Positions 1 to 13,083 of a DNA stretch of 64,000 nt are shown one piece after another. The notes under the pieces were generated by a model. That model worked only from the letters and a program-made list of their open reading frames with translations, did not search any database and had not been told where the DNA came from. Position numbers and translations under genes: made by a program. Source of the DNA: Monocercomonoides exilis PA203 (lineage: Eukaryota > Protista > Preaxostyla); the NCBI GenBank assembly GCA_001643675.2, contig LSRY02000014.1, positions 558,001-622,000 on the forward strand, written 5' to 3'. Within the stretch, counting starts at the first letter, position 1. Each line of letters begins with the position of its first letter.

Positions 1-1541
1 ATTGATTGTTAATTTTGTGTTTGTTGATTTTGGTTATTCCAGTCTTTTTCATTATCTTGTATTTTTTCTCCATCAATTTTTTATTTCAAACAACATTATT
101 TCTTTTTATTTGAAATGCAAAATGCATCCACATAAAAAATCTCTTGTGTTTCAATGTTGTTCATTACTAAAAATGGATGATCATTATTGGCACTGTTCAT
201 TATCTTTCTTAAAATTCATTAACTCTGTGTGGATTTTCAAAGTTCATCTAACAAATAAATAAACGAGCAATTTTTCACATTCGCAAACAATGAAAACATT
301 TCATTTTGGATTTCAGATTGCGTTCGTTGAATTTTTTTTTCATTTTTTTGAAATCATTCTTTTCGCTAATTAAAATGAATAACAGAATCGAATTAATAAA
401 GATATAACAATGATTTCGAATAATTCATTTTTCCATTCAATCAACAAATCAGAAAAAAAAAATAACAAATGATTTGACAATATTGACATTTTCTGCATAA
501 TGAAGCAGAAAGATGAAAAATCTGTCTGCCAGCAAACAAAAAAAAACTCATCGAATTTGCAACACCATCATATCCCAGTGCATCTGCGTTCTAATCAACA
601 TACTCAGCAAATCAAATGATAAGAAGGAAATCAAACAACAGTAAATTTTCGAGATCTTTCTTGTGAAACAAAATAAATCAAGACATATTTTTTATTGCGA
701 ACACAAAATAAGTTATAAATACATACTCCAGCTTGTTTTGTTCATTTTTGATTCACATTTATTTTGTCACTATCTTTTTGGGGGAGAAAAAAATATCCAC
801 ATATAAAAATGCTCATCCTATTTTTTTTCTTTAAAAACGAAAGAATTTAGACACATGATAAGTGAAGCAGACGTTGTCGAAGCATTACGAATCATTTAAA
901 ATGAATTGAATTATCGTTAGCCATGCTTTCTAAGAAAGCTACGCTCAAACGAATGTTGTTTTCATGATGCAACAGAAAATACATACAGATATGTGATGAC
1001 TATGAACAAATAATTCCAAATATCGAACACACAGAACTGAAATACACTCAAAGCATTCCTTTTTTTTCAATAACGCAAACAGGCAGCACAACTCGCAAAT
1101 CATGCTGCTCCACAACAAACTTTGAAAAACAAGCAAATAAAGAAAAATGAAAAAACAATAAAATAATTTGTGTTGAAAATCTGACAGAAAAATAAAACTC
1201 TCCTCAGCCCCGTTCCACAACCCCGTTCCACAAAGTTGGCTCGCTTCCTTCAAGCAAATCCAGCTCATCTTTTCCTTCTGACTCTTTTTTTGAAGAGGTG
1301 CATCACTTCATCTCTCCTCCTTTCACCATGCCCATTCCTCTCAAAGGCTTCTGCCCCAACAGCCATTTCCCTTTCAATCATCCTCCTTTTTCATTTCTCC
1401 TGCCCAATTCCTCTCGATGCTCTATTTTTGGAGGATGTTGTTGTAAATGGTAAAAACACCTCACATCGTCTTCATTGTCTCAGTTTCATTGCTCTCCTGC
1501 TCCTCTGCTCTCCTGCTTGCCAACTTCCAATCCACATCCTC

Positions 1542-4500
1542 TCACTCCTCTGACTCGCTGATTCTGCTTCTGTTCAGCCCAGCCATGGACTCTTCCCGAA
1601 CACAGATCGCGTCTGTCATCGTCATGATTGCTGCCCCTTTCGGAAACCGCACAATAAACTCCCGCTTCAGCTCGTTCACACTCGGCCGCTGCCCCCAGTC
1701 TTGCGACAGGCACCCCTTCACCACACCCGCCAAGCTGCTCCCGCCCACCCTCCTCACATCCGGCTTCTCCCCATTCACAATCTTCTGCCCCGCCACCTCT
1801 GCTCCATACTCTCCAAACGGAATCTCCAGCGTCAGACATTCCCACAGCATCATCCCAATCGAGAACGATACCGACTCCTTTGTCGCTCCCATGTTTTTGT
1901 TCACCAGCAGCTCTGGCGCCTTCCACCTCAAACACTCCTTCCTGAAATCATCCTCATCCTCAAACGCTGATGAAGGCAGAGAATCATCATCATCATCATT
2001 ATCATCACTTGCAGATGTCACAACTGTTGTTGATGAGATCGATGAGGAATCTGAGTCTGAAGATGAGAAGTCTGAATGCATCACAATGCAGATCACCATG
2101 TGCTCAGAGAACAGCACAATGTGGGGACTGAGATTGGAAAGAGATTGGAGTGGATTTTCCATTTCATCAAATGAATGGAGTGCCAGATTCGCCACCCAGA
2201 ACAGGATCTGCGCAGCTGTTTGCTCTCTCTCAGTCAATGTGCCTATCGCCATCTCCTTCTTCTCATTCCTTCCATGAAGCAACATGAACAGCGAATCCCT
2301 CAGATCCACAATCAGCTTCTCATGTGGAGACGAGCAGGCCATTGCATCCACCAGATTCGACATGGATGAGGTTGTTGGGCACAGATCCTCCCCTCGAACA
2401 AAAGTGGATTCTGTGTCTGAAGTATCTGTGGTTGAGGTGGATGAAATGGATGGAGAAGGTGATCTCTTTCTTGTCTCCTCTTCTTTTTCATCCACCTTCT
2501 CCAACATCCATTCAGGGATCTTGTCGGAGTCTTTTCCCAAAATGTATTCAGTGGAGCCACTCTCAGACAGAAGATGCTCTGATGACTCCGAGTGTCCCAA
2601 GCTTTTCTCATACACCCTCTTCTTTATCCTCTCTTCATTCTTCTTCTCTGCCTCCCTTTCTGCTCTCCTCCACTGCTCCACTGGTGACATCTCCATCGTC
2701 ACCATCTCAAATGCCTTCGGATCTTTTCTGATGTTATCATTCACAATCTCTCTCAGATCTTCTGCTTCATTCTTCACCTTCTTCCACCGGACAATGAATA
2801 TGATGGATACAATTAACAGTATTACTACAATCACAATGCACACAATTAATGCCCATGAGAATTTTCCTTCTTTCCCACTTTCAGCAATTCTGCCATCTCT
2901 TTTTCCTTCGGTTTCGCTTCTATTCTTCAGGATAAACGAATCAGTCGATGAAGGCGAATCAATCTTTCCAAACAAAAGACTCACAGACACTTCTGTCTCT
3001 GCTCCCACTGCTCCCATCTGAACAGATGAAACAACTGCAACAATTTCGTTCTCTGACTCACTTTCCTTTTCTCCAATCCCATAGCTCTCAACCACCTCTT
3101 CCCTTCCATTCCTGAAGCTCAACTTCAACCAAACATCACATGGTAGAAGAAGTCTCCCACTCAGCGTGATGATTGTTCTTCCCTCAGATCCTGTCTCATT
3201 CCTCGCCTCTTCCACAACTGGGATGAATAGTGGTGATCCTCTCTCCTCCATCATCCCGCTCAACTCGCATCCTTCATCCAATATCCAAAGTGAAGAATTA
3301 TCCTTCAATCCATCTCCCCCTTTCAAACTCATCACGTTCAACGATCCCAAATCAGAGCAGAGAATATTTCTTCTCAATGATGAATATCCTTCAATTGATG
3401 GGTTGTTGTTCGTGAAATTCCCTGCTTCAATTGTTACGCTTCCTCCTCTCATTGTTATTCCACCATCATGTGAATTTGAGATTGTTGTATCTTTCATCAC
3501 CACAGAACTCTCCTTCACCTCAACAACTGATCCATTCCATTTGCACACATCCACTTCCTCATTCGATTGCTTTTCACTTATTTCCCCATCAAACAAACAC
3601 TGCCTCATCAGAATATTTCTGCACATCAAAAGCGATATCATCTTCCCTTTCTTTCTTCTCGATGAACACCCACCAAACGAACAGTTCGATAACTCCACAT
3701 TTCCTTCCATCCCCTCAACATCAACCAGTCCTGCACTCTCATCCACACATGTGATGTTCTCAAATGAAGATGACAGAATTGAAAATGAAAACACATTTTC
3801 CTTTCCGTTTTTCATTTCTGCTTCATCGTCATTCGCACTCCCCATCCATCCATTTTCCATTCTCGAATTCCCAGCTCCGCTGATCTTCAAACAACCTTTT
3901 CTTCCCTCAATATTTCTGAGTGTCAATCCATTCACTTCAGTATCCTCTTCCATTATCATGGCTGATTCACTCGAAAATGAAAGCCACATAACACTCACAT
4001 TCCCCATTGAGCATTTCCCCCTTTCCACAAAAATCAAACAGAATGGAATTTGCTCCATTTCCTCCCCAGCTGAGCACGCTCCCTCAAATGAACACATGCT
4101 GATCGATGTTTTTCCCGAACTTATCTTCATGAATGATGAATGTGTTATTGGAAGTGGAGTTGATATTGATTCCACTTCTTCTAATGCAAATTGAATCCAT
4201 CGCATAAACACCTGCCCATTTATCTCCACTATCATTTCTTTGCTGCAATTCATCCTCCCTTTCACAACCACTCGACTCTGCACTTCATGCATCCCACTCA
4301 GTGTGAGTGTATCCAATTCAATTTCCTCATCTATCACAGACTCCTCATCAATAAATATCTGGCTGAAGAAATCGTGCGTCAGATGCCTCAGCCCAAACCC
4401 AATCGTAGCACAGGGCAGCAAGGGCTTCCCACACTGCTTCTCATTGCTTCCCCCTTTCTCTTCTTTGCTCGACACCACAATCGTGTCTGACTGGTATTTC

Positions 4501-7500
4501 ACAATCAGACTCATCAAGTCCATCGCCTCCTCCTTGTGCTCTCCCGCATCCATCCCATAGATCGCATTCTGCCTGATGAACTCCACATCACGGAAGTCGA
4601 TGTTGAATTGTGTTTCGTTGATCTGCCTCTCAATGCAGTCACACACAATGAACACATCGTTCCCAATCCTTGCTGTGTTCCTTCGGAATATCACCCCATC
4701 AAACACATAATCCAGCTCACCCCTCAATTCAGTCTTCAGATACACCCCGCCTCCTTTCCCTTCGCTCACAGAGCACCCACACTGCTTCACACTCGTATTC
4801 ACAACATGGAACAATCCTCCTTCATTCAACTTAAACAGCATCGCTCCTCCCTCTGCGCTTCTCCCACAACTGCACCCTTCAATCAGCGAATCTTCAACAA
4901 CAAGCTTCACTCCACTTCCACTCTTGCTCAAAACAACACTCGGATCTGTTCCTTCTCCTTCAACTGATCCAATACTGCAATTCTTCATCCTCATCTCACC
5001 TCCTCCATTTGCTCCTTCTCCTTCAATCTCAAACAAACTCCCACTTTCCAATGAAGCTTTTATGACTGTGAATCCATCGATCACACTCACAACTTCTCCA
5101 CCCACCACAAATGCACTTCTCTTCCCAAAATACGAAAGCACTTTGAACCTCTTCATCTCCAACTCCCCTTTCTTCACAACACAAAATGCAACATCCCCCA
5201 TCCCTTCTCTCTTTCCCTTCCATGAGATTGAACAATCTTCCCATTCAACTTTCCCTCCTTCACTCACAATCACCCCTGATTCTCCATTTCCCAAAACATT
5301 CATCACACACGTCTCCAGTGCTCTCAGAGTGAATGCTCCACTGTTGCGAAGGCACACTTTTGCTCCACTTTCTCCTTCACTCCCCATCACAACTGTTCCA
5401 TATTCCATCACTTCATATCCTGCTCCCGCTGATTCCACATCAATCCCACTCAAATCATGTTTCCCCTCCACTCTTATCTTTTCTTTCACTCTCACCACTT
5501 TTCTTTCCCCTTCTCTCTCAATGTGCTTCAATCCCATCTCCAATGTCTCACACGGATCCTCTTCACTCCCACATCGCACAACATCATCTCCCTTTTCCCA
5601 CACCACAATCCTCTCACTCCTGTATTCAATCACAAATCGCAACAGATCCGTGTCTGTCCGCTTCTCATCGCTTCCAACAAATGCATTCGGATCGTCTTCC
5701 ATCCCTTCAAAAGCAATCGCAAATGTCTCACTCCTCACTGTCACATTCAGTTCTGAATCCAAAATGAACATGTTCTTCCCCATAAATGCCTCATTCCCAA
5801 CAAACTTCACTCCCTCAAACTTGAATGGCATCCCTCCCCTCCTTTCGCTGCAATTCACATATATCCATCCTCCTTTCCCACCTCTCACCTTCTCGGCCAA
5901 ACATCTCTCCATCATCCCCTCTTTCACATGAATCATCCCTGAATCAAGGTTTATCACATTCAACGCCCCACCACTCATGCTCTCTCCTCCTGTGATGTTA
6001 CTCATGTTGCTCTGTTCTATTTTCATTATTCCCCTCACCTCTCCACATATCACAGCTGATTCAACAGAACCAACAATAGACAGGCTCCCAAACGAGCAGT
6101 TGCTGATGCTAACAGACTCACTCTCTGCTCCATTTTGTTCCAACCCAAGAAGAGCAAGATCCATCAGACACTTTCTTGTCTTGATGTTATTTATTGATAT
6201 CCACTTCATCATCACAGCTTGTCCACTGCTCCTGATGATCCGATATTCTATCGCCTCTTCTTCCCCTTCCTGCATCACAAACGAACACAATTCCATCTCC
6301 AAAACACCACTTGCTGTTGATGAGCTTATCACTGCTTCTCTCCTCTGTTCAAATGATCCAGGCAATTCAAACCCAACATTCGCAAACACACTCACTCCTT
6401 TCGAATCAAGAACACTTCCCCCTTCTCCTTCAATTCCTTTCTCCACAACCACCTTCATTTTCTTGTTGACTTTTCCTTCAATCCGAACTCCACTCACATC
6501 TGCCACCTTCTCAACACTCGTGCTCCCACTTATCACAATTTTCTTTTCTCCCTCTCCACCAAGCCTCCCAATGCCATAATCCACACTCCTGCACGGGCAA
6601 TTCTCCATCCCACACCAAATTCCATTGTCTCCATTCTCACTCCCCACCTCAATGATCGACGAGCTGTAACCATCTATGAATATGAACAGATCAACCTCGC
6701 TCACAAACTACTGTCTATCCATCCCAATCAGCGAATTCTCTCTCTCACTAATCTCTCCACCGAACGAGAAACTGCTTCCATTCACAACCCTCCTCAAATC
6801 ATCACACACAACATACACATCCTTCCCACACATTGCTCTGTTCTCTTCAAACCTCACTCCTCTCACATCAAACCCATATCTCTCTCCTCCAATCCCCACC
6901 CATATCCCTCCTCCACACCCTCCTCCATTCATTGTCCCTTCCATTCCAGCCGAACACTTCTTCATCAGCGTCACTTCTGTTTCGCTCCTGATCTTCAGTT
7001 GTGCATCCCCTTTCAATTCCACTTTCATCCCTCCTCCATTCCCTTTCTCTGTCAAACACTCCTCAACACTCGTGTTCCACATATCCACGATGCCTCCTTC
7101 CCCAACGACTCCAAGCATCATCCCTCCATCTCCTTCACTGACTCGGATATTGCTCCCATTGCACCCCCAAATGGATATCTCCTTTGCTTCACTCCCTTTT
7201 ATCACCCCTGAATCAACAAAATTACACGAACTCCATTTGCATTCACTCATCCGAACAATACAACCACTCCCTACACAAACCAAACTTCTTCCTCCCATTT
7301 CCCTCCCACTGGCAATCACACTTTCTGCTGTGAGTGTGCTTCCTTCCTCACAAACAACAAATCCCATTTCTCCTTCAAAGGTTATTTCATTCAGCTCCAC
7401 ATTCTTCAACGAGACAGATGACAATCCTCCATTCGCTTTTATCACAGGCTTCCCGAACCTCATTGAATCCAATCTCAGTGAAGTCACATTCGCTTCTCCC

Positions 7501-10500
7501 TTTTCCACAACCAGCAAGCTGTATTCCACAAAATTCACTCCATCTCCAAATGTGACAACACATTCGCTCAAGTTCAGTGTTTCTCCTTTCAACTGGAATA
7601 TCGCCTCATGATCCTTAAGAACAGATGGCATCATCAGCCCAATCTTCCTCATCCTTGTTTCCTTCAGCACCACAAACACTCCAACGTTTCCTTCCTCATC
7701 TCCTTTGCATGCAGCCTCGCCTTTAACAACAAGCGATCCATCATCCTCTGTTCCTTCAATCATCCTTGCCATTTTCGAAAAGATCACTGTCGAACCAACC
7801 TCAACTTCATGTCCAATTTTGATTGTTGCTGTTGTTGTTCCATCTGCTGGTGTGTTCTCTTCCCTCTCAATCGGACAGTTCAATGATCTGCACTCGAAAA
7901 ATGCGTGTCCACATTGAGGATGATCTGCCCCTGAAGCTGAAACATAGATCCCACTCCTTGGAACATCCAGGAGATAGCACACAATCGGAATCACCAGTGT
8001 TACATTGTTCGTGTCCCCCATTCCCTCCACCTCATGAACATCTTCACTCAAATGTGAAACAAATCCATATCTCCCTTTCGGAATTAACTCCAGCTGATTC
8101 GAGGCAATAAACACATTCACTCCATGTTCTGCATGATTATTTTCAAACCCTTCATTCACAATCTCAAACACAACTGATGGAGATAACAGCTCCAAATATA
8201 TCCCTCCTCCTCTTCCCTTCTCCTCCCCACTTCCCTTCTCTGCACCACATTCTCCAATCACTGTTGTCACCTCTCCTCTGCCAATTTTGAACATCCCGCT
8301 TTGACCAACACTCCAAGCAATAACAGCCCCATTCCCTTCCTTGCACACACAGTTTCTGAATGTGTTGTTCTCCAGCTCCCATGAATCGCTTCTCTCACTT
8401 TCAGTGCTGAATATTGCCCCGTTTCCTCTCATCCGACTGATCCTTTGGATTGTCACATTTCCCAGCATCCCTCTCCCAACTCCACTATCCTCCTCTTCCT
8501 CAAACAATGAGCAATCTCCCAGTCCAATATCCTCTATCAAGCAGTTTTCCATCTTCATTTTCTCAAATATCACTTTGAACGGTGAAACATCAAATGGGTG
8601 TGTCTGCCCATCTTCTGCCCCTGATATGATCAAATTCTTCAGTGTCAGCATCTGTGCAGCTGTTCGCATCATAATCAACGATGAAGATGATTTCACACTG
8701 TTGTGACGAATTGTCAGCAAAGACAATCTCATTGATCCTGAATCAAGTGTGAATAAACACTCATGAGAATTCAACAATTCTGTGCTGATGACACACTCGC
8801 TCTCGCTTTCGCCCTTGAAAGAAATATCTCCCCATCGAATGAATAAGGCCATTGAAGAATAGTTCGATCGAAGAATGTTCACAGTTCCCTCTGCTCCTTT
8901 CTCAATCATGTTGTATGCCTGTTCAATCGTGTTGCACGGATTGGTCTGTGTTGTCCCACAGACTGGCCCTGTAATCCCATCTGAACTGGCATATGTTATT
9001 TTGATTGTTGGAAGCCATGCATCGTAATCTGTTTGGCTGTTATTGTAAAATACTCTCTTTGAGGGGGTTGTTGAGAACGATGATTCAAATGGTAAACCTT
9101 TCAAAAGAGAGTTTTTGATTTTGACATCATTGCCTTCTTCATTTATTGCCTTGTTTCCACTGAATAAGCAAAATGATATCAATTTTGGAGGTGGTTCAGT
9201 TTCCATCCAACTTATTGAAAACAAAAATATTCCTCCACCTCCTCCTTCAAGAACACCTGTTCCTGTTCCATTTACCACATTCCCTTTAAATTCACATTCT
9301 GAGATAAAATATCTTCTCTGTTCGTTCTCCATGAATAATCCTCCACCATATGATCCTGCCCCATTGCGAATAAATTTGCAATTCTCAATTGAATTACTTC
9401 CACTTCCAGAAGATTGATGCAAGCGAAGTCCTCCTGCAAAGCTTGAAACAGCTTTGCATTCGCAAAAAATGCATTCGGTAAAAAAAAAATCTCCATTTAG
9501 TTTGTAAACAATCATTCCACCCGTGTTATCATCTGCAATACAATTTGAAAAATTGCATTCAATCATTTTCACACCTAATGCTGATTGAACATCAACAGTC
9601 CCATCGTGAAAATGAGTCATATTCTTGAATGAGCATCTGACACATTCAAGAGTCGAACTTCCATTCAGAAATATTCCACTTCCTTCAAATGAATAACCTG
9701 TATCATACCATTCACAATCAGTGAAAACATGTGTTTCATTTGCTCCCAGTTCCTGTCTTACCATATCGCGTCCGCCTGATTCATCAACATTCATCGTTCG
9801 AAAGCAGCACTCAAATGAGGAGTTTGTTGCCCTCAACGACGCACATGGGCTGTTCACCGACCTTGCAATGCCCCCATCAATAACATCCCAAACTCTGAAA
9901 AAAGAGCAGCCCTCAATCGTTGTTTCTGTTCTCGCTCTCAAAGCCATTTCTCTTTGTGCATCGGAAGCAACAGAAACGTTTGCCATCAACAGATGAGATG
10001 CTTTCACATTGCAACTAACATTCGGTGCTAAAAATGTTACTGATATCAGTTCAAATGATGAAAACGATGAATCAGAAAGGATTATTTCTCCAATTTTATT
10101 GTTAAAGTTCTTTGGCAAGGACGAGCAAAAAAGTCTGGGAATACGAGCAAATGGCTTGAATGTGAAGATAGAAAGATTCACAGAATAGATGCTTCCTTCA
10201 TCAAGAGCAAATGGGCTATTTTTTGATGAAAATGAAATCGTATATTCTTTGATGTTTAATTTTCCTCTCTTGCAAACAAAAAAACATGGTTTTCTTTCGG
10301 AATGCAACTGCAAAATATCTGAGGCACTCAGAGATGAATTTATCACATGAAGAGTCGAGAGAATTGAACAACGTTGAAGAATTTGCTGAGCTCTGATATT
10401 ATTGTTGAATTGTTGTAACTGCAATATAACTGTTGCATCCAATTGGTTTATTTCTTTGCCAAATGCTTCTTTCGAGTTTAAAATGGCAAAGCAGCTTGCA

Positions 10501-10523
10501 ACAATCACAAATGTCAGATTCAT
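1542..10523 (-). pseudogene. Large type-I membrane protein (signal peptide, repeated beta-helix/CGxxxxPC modules, TM helix, C-terminal pseudokinase), interrupted by a single in-frame TAG at 6708-6710
   Basis: ORFs 6708..10631 and 1542..6704 are in the same frame, separated only by TAG TTT. Likely start MNLTFVIVASCFAIL at 10523. Repeats CGTTQTNPC, CGMENCPC, CGSEEDPC, CGKPLLPC and GGxGGxIY motifs. TM segment WALIVCIVIVVILLIVSIIFIV. Kinase subdomain VIII-XI motifs (LRWKAPE, SFSIGMMLWECLTLEIPF, CLSQDWGQRPS) without HRD/DFG. Confidence 0.75.
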
Positions 10524-12029
10524 TATTGAGCTGTGATGCGATTGGCTTTTTTTGAAGAAAATGGCAATTCGAATCAATAAGCCAATATTCAACATGACCC
10601 ATATTATTCCTTGTGACTTCAAATAAAACAAAATAATGCATCAATTTTTTTTTAAAAAAAAGCCATAGTTGCCAGCCACAGTTCCATGCTTAATTGCTTT
10701 TGTTGCAGTTGTTGAATTTATTATTTTATTCATTCTTTCTCTCTCATTTATTTCAACATTTGCTTTCAAAATAACAAATGATTTGGGAAATGACATATTT
10801 TCGCTTCTCGTAAAATGCTTTTTCGCTCTTCAAGGAAATGTTGGAAGCATTTAATTTTCCATTTTCTGAACAATCTCTAATTGATATAATAATTTTACTC
10901 TGTTCGATTCCATTTAAATTTTCTTTCATTAAAAAGTTCTCCAATTTGCTAATCTCCTGAAGATATAAATCCATATTCATGCATTTCGTCGCTAAAGCAA
11001 AGATCTTTGCAACTGCCTGATTTTCTAGTGAAAGCACCAATAATTAAACAATCTTTTATTCTTCCATGCCTGTTACAACGTCTCACCAAAATTAAAACAT
11101 CCAAATCCGTTAATAAAAGTTTTAAGTTGAAAACCACAAAATTGCTTTTGAACGCAAAGAAGCATATTCAGCAGCCAAATAGATGATTTAACCTTTTTTA
11201 CAAATTTCTCCATAAAGAAAGGCAGAAAACAGAAAATTTAATAGAATCTTGATGACAATAAAAAATGTTTGCATGTAGTTATTTTCTAAATTTGATTGCA
11301 ACCTCTAAATACGAAGGAACACAAAATAACAAATTATCTTTCAAACTGTACAGAAACCCATGTTAATTTAATTACATGTAAATTTTTGATATTACAATAA
11401 AAGTTTTGTAAGATAATACATATTTCTTTTCGATTGAAGTTTGCTACAAGGATTAATATGCGAAACAAAAAGATCTTAACCCATCAATACTTATGAATTG
11501 ATCATTTTTGATATGGTTTGATTGAACGAAGATAAAAAAATAGAGGATGCGGGAAGTAATTTAAAAGCTTTCTGAATTTTGTTCCAAGTTGCAAAAATTG
11601 AATTTTTCTTTCGATTCTTAATATTTTAATCAAATATTTTTTTTAATAATGATAGAGTTATTGAGATATAAAAGAAGAAAAAGTTCGGAGCAAAACGTAC
11701 TATTTTCTGAAAAGGAAAAAACTTAGCCCGTGTCTATTATTTCCAGAATTATTTCGAATAAAATGTGTATATAAAAGTTTAAAAGCAAAGTTTGCAATGA
11801 GAAATGTTAAAAAAAACAATTATTAATAAATAAATAAAATTTCAGATGCTCCTTTAAAATTGTTAAATTAAATGATAAAAATCGAGATAAGAGTTATTCT
11901 AAATAAATTTATAAATTGCATGCTATATCTTTATCACCAATCATGCTGAATATCTATTCTAAAAACAAACGAAACAACGAAAGAACGATAAATCCTCATT
12001 CACTTTTAAGATCTATGAGATCATTTTGT

Positions 12030-13024
12030 TCAACCATTTCCAAATAATTGTTTGATCTTCTCTGCCTCTTCGAGTTCTCTTTTCATTCTTTCTTTGCGAA
12101 GAAGTTGAAGATGCGAAGAAAAATGATTTTCGCTCGAAATTTCATTCGCTTCATTACAGCTCTTATGCTTTTTCGATTCTCTAGAATGAGAATTGCGATG
12201 ATGAAGATGACTATGATGATGATGACTATGATGATGACTATGATGATGACGCTGATGATGTTTTTTCAATTTTTCACTTTGTTCATCAATCTCTGATAAT
12301 GAATTTTCATGAAAATTCTTAACTTTTTCCATACAATCCCCAAGTACAATTTCACTGTTTTCCCCATCTATTGCCTTTAATTCAATTATATCTTGAAAAG
12401 AATCTTGATCTGATTTCTGTTCTTCAGATGATGATTTTTTCTCATCGATAATACACATTATATCTTCACCCAGCTTTTCAGTATCAGATTTTGTATCTGT
12501 ATATAATCTGTCGTTAAGAGGATCTTCCATGTTTTGAATTCTTGAGTGATTCTCTTCTTTAAATCGTGATTTGGTATACCATGGAATTTCATTAAGATCT
12601 TTAAATGTCCAAAGTGGAGGCGTTGACTTAAGTTTCGATTGAGACACATCCTCGTCAGACGGCGAAGAACTTCGTTTAGTGATGTCTACGATCGTTTGAT
12701 TTATTTGCATTTTACTTCGTTGAGAACGCAAAACTTCGAGACGATGCTCTTGTTCCTGTACAACGTTTATCAAAACAAAACAACAATAAAAAAGAATAAA
12801 AAATAAAACCATAGCAATAGAATTCTTTTTCATTTTTTCTTGTTCCATTTCTTGTTCCATCTCATCTCTTTTAACTCGTGCAATGTTTTCAGGTAATCCG
12901 ACATGCCATCGCTACTATACATAAGCATCGTGATTAATAAAATATGTGTAAATTTGTTGTTAATATTTAATCATTAAACCTTTTTGCTAAGTAAAAATGT
13001 GCGATATTTCTTTGTGTTTGACAT
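12030..13024 (-). CDS. CIR N-terminal domain protein (LENG1/CWC25-like), 3 exons
   Basis: Spliced N-terminus MSNTKKYRTFLLSKK|RWHVGLPENIARVKRDEMEQE...EQEHRLEVLR matches the CIR_N pattern (KKxWHV..NxARVxRDE). Introns 12912-12979 and 12756-12809 (GT..AG). Confidence 0.7.
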
Positions 13025-13083
13025 CAGAATTTTATTACGGTTACAATTATATCCTATGTTCGTTTGATCATTATTTAAGATCA

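Noticed and set aside
1447-9996. Many long plus-strand ORFs opposite the surface-protein gene (and minus-strand ORFs opposite SEC31)
   Set aside because: Ser/Pro/Phe-rich antisense shadows of purine-rich coding sequence, with no motifs.
10753-11300. Short minus-strand ORFs upstream of the surface-protein gene
   Set aside because: No recognisable domain or reliable gene model.
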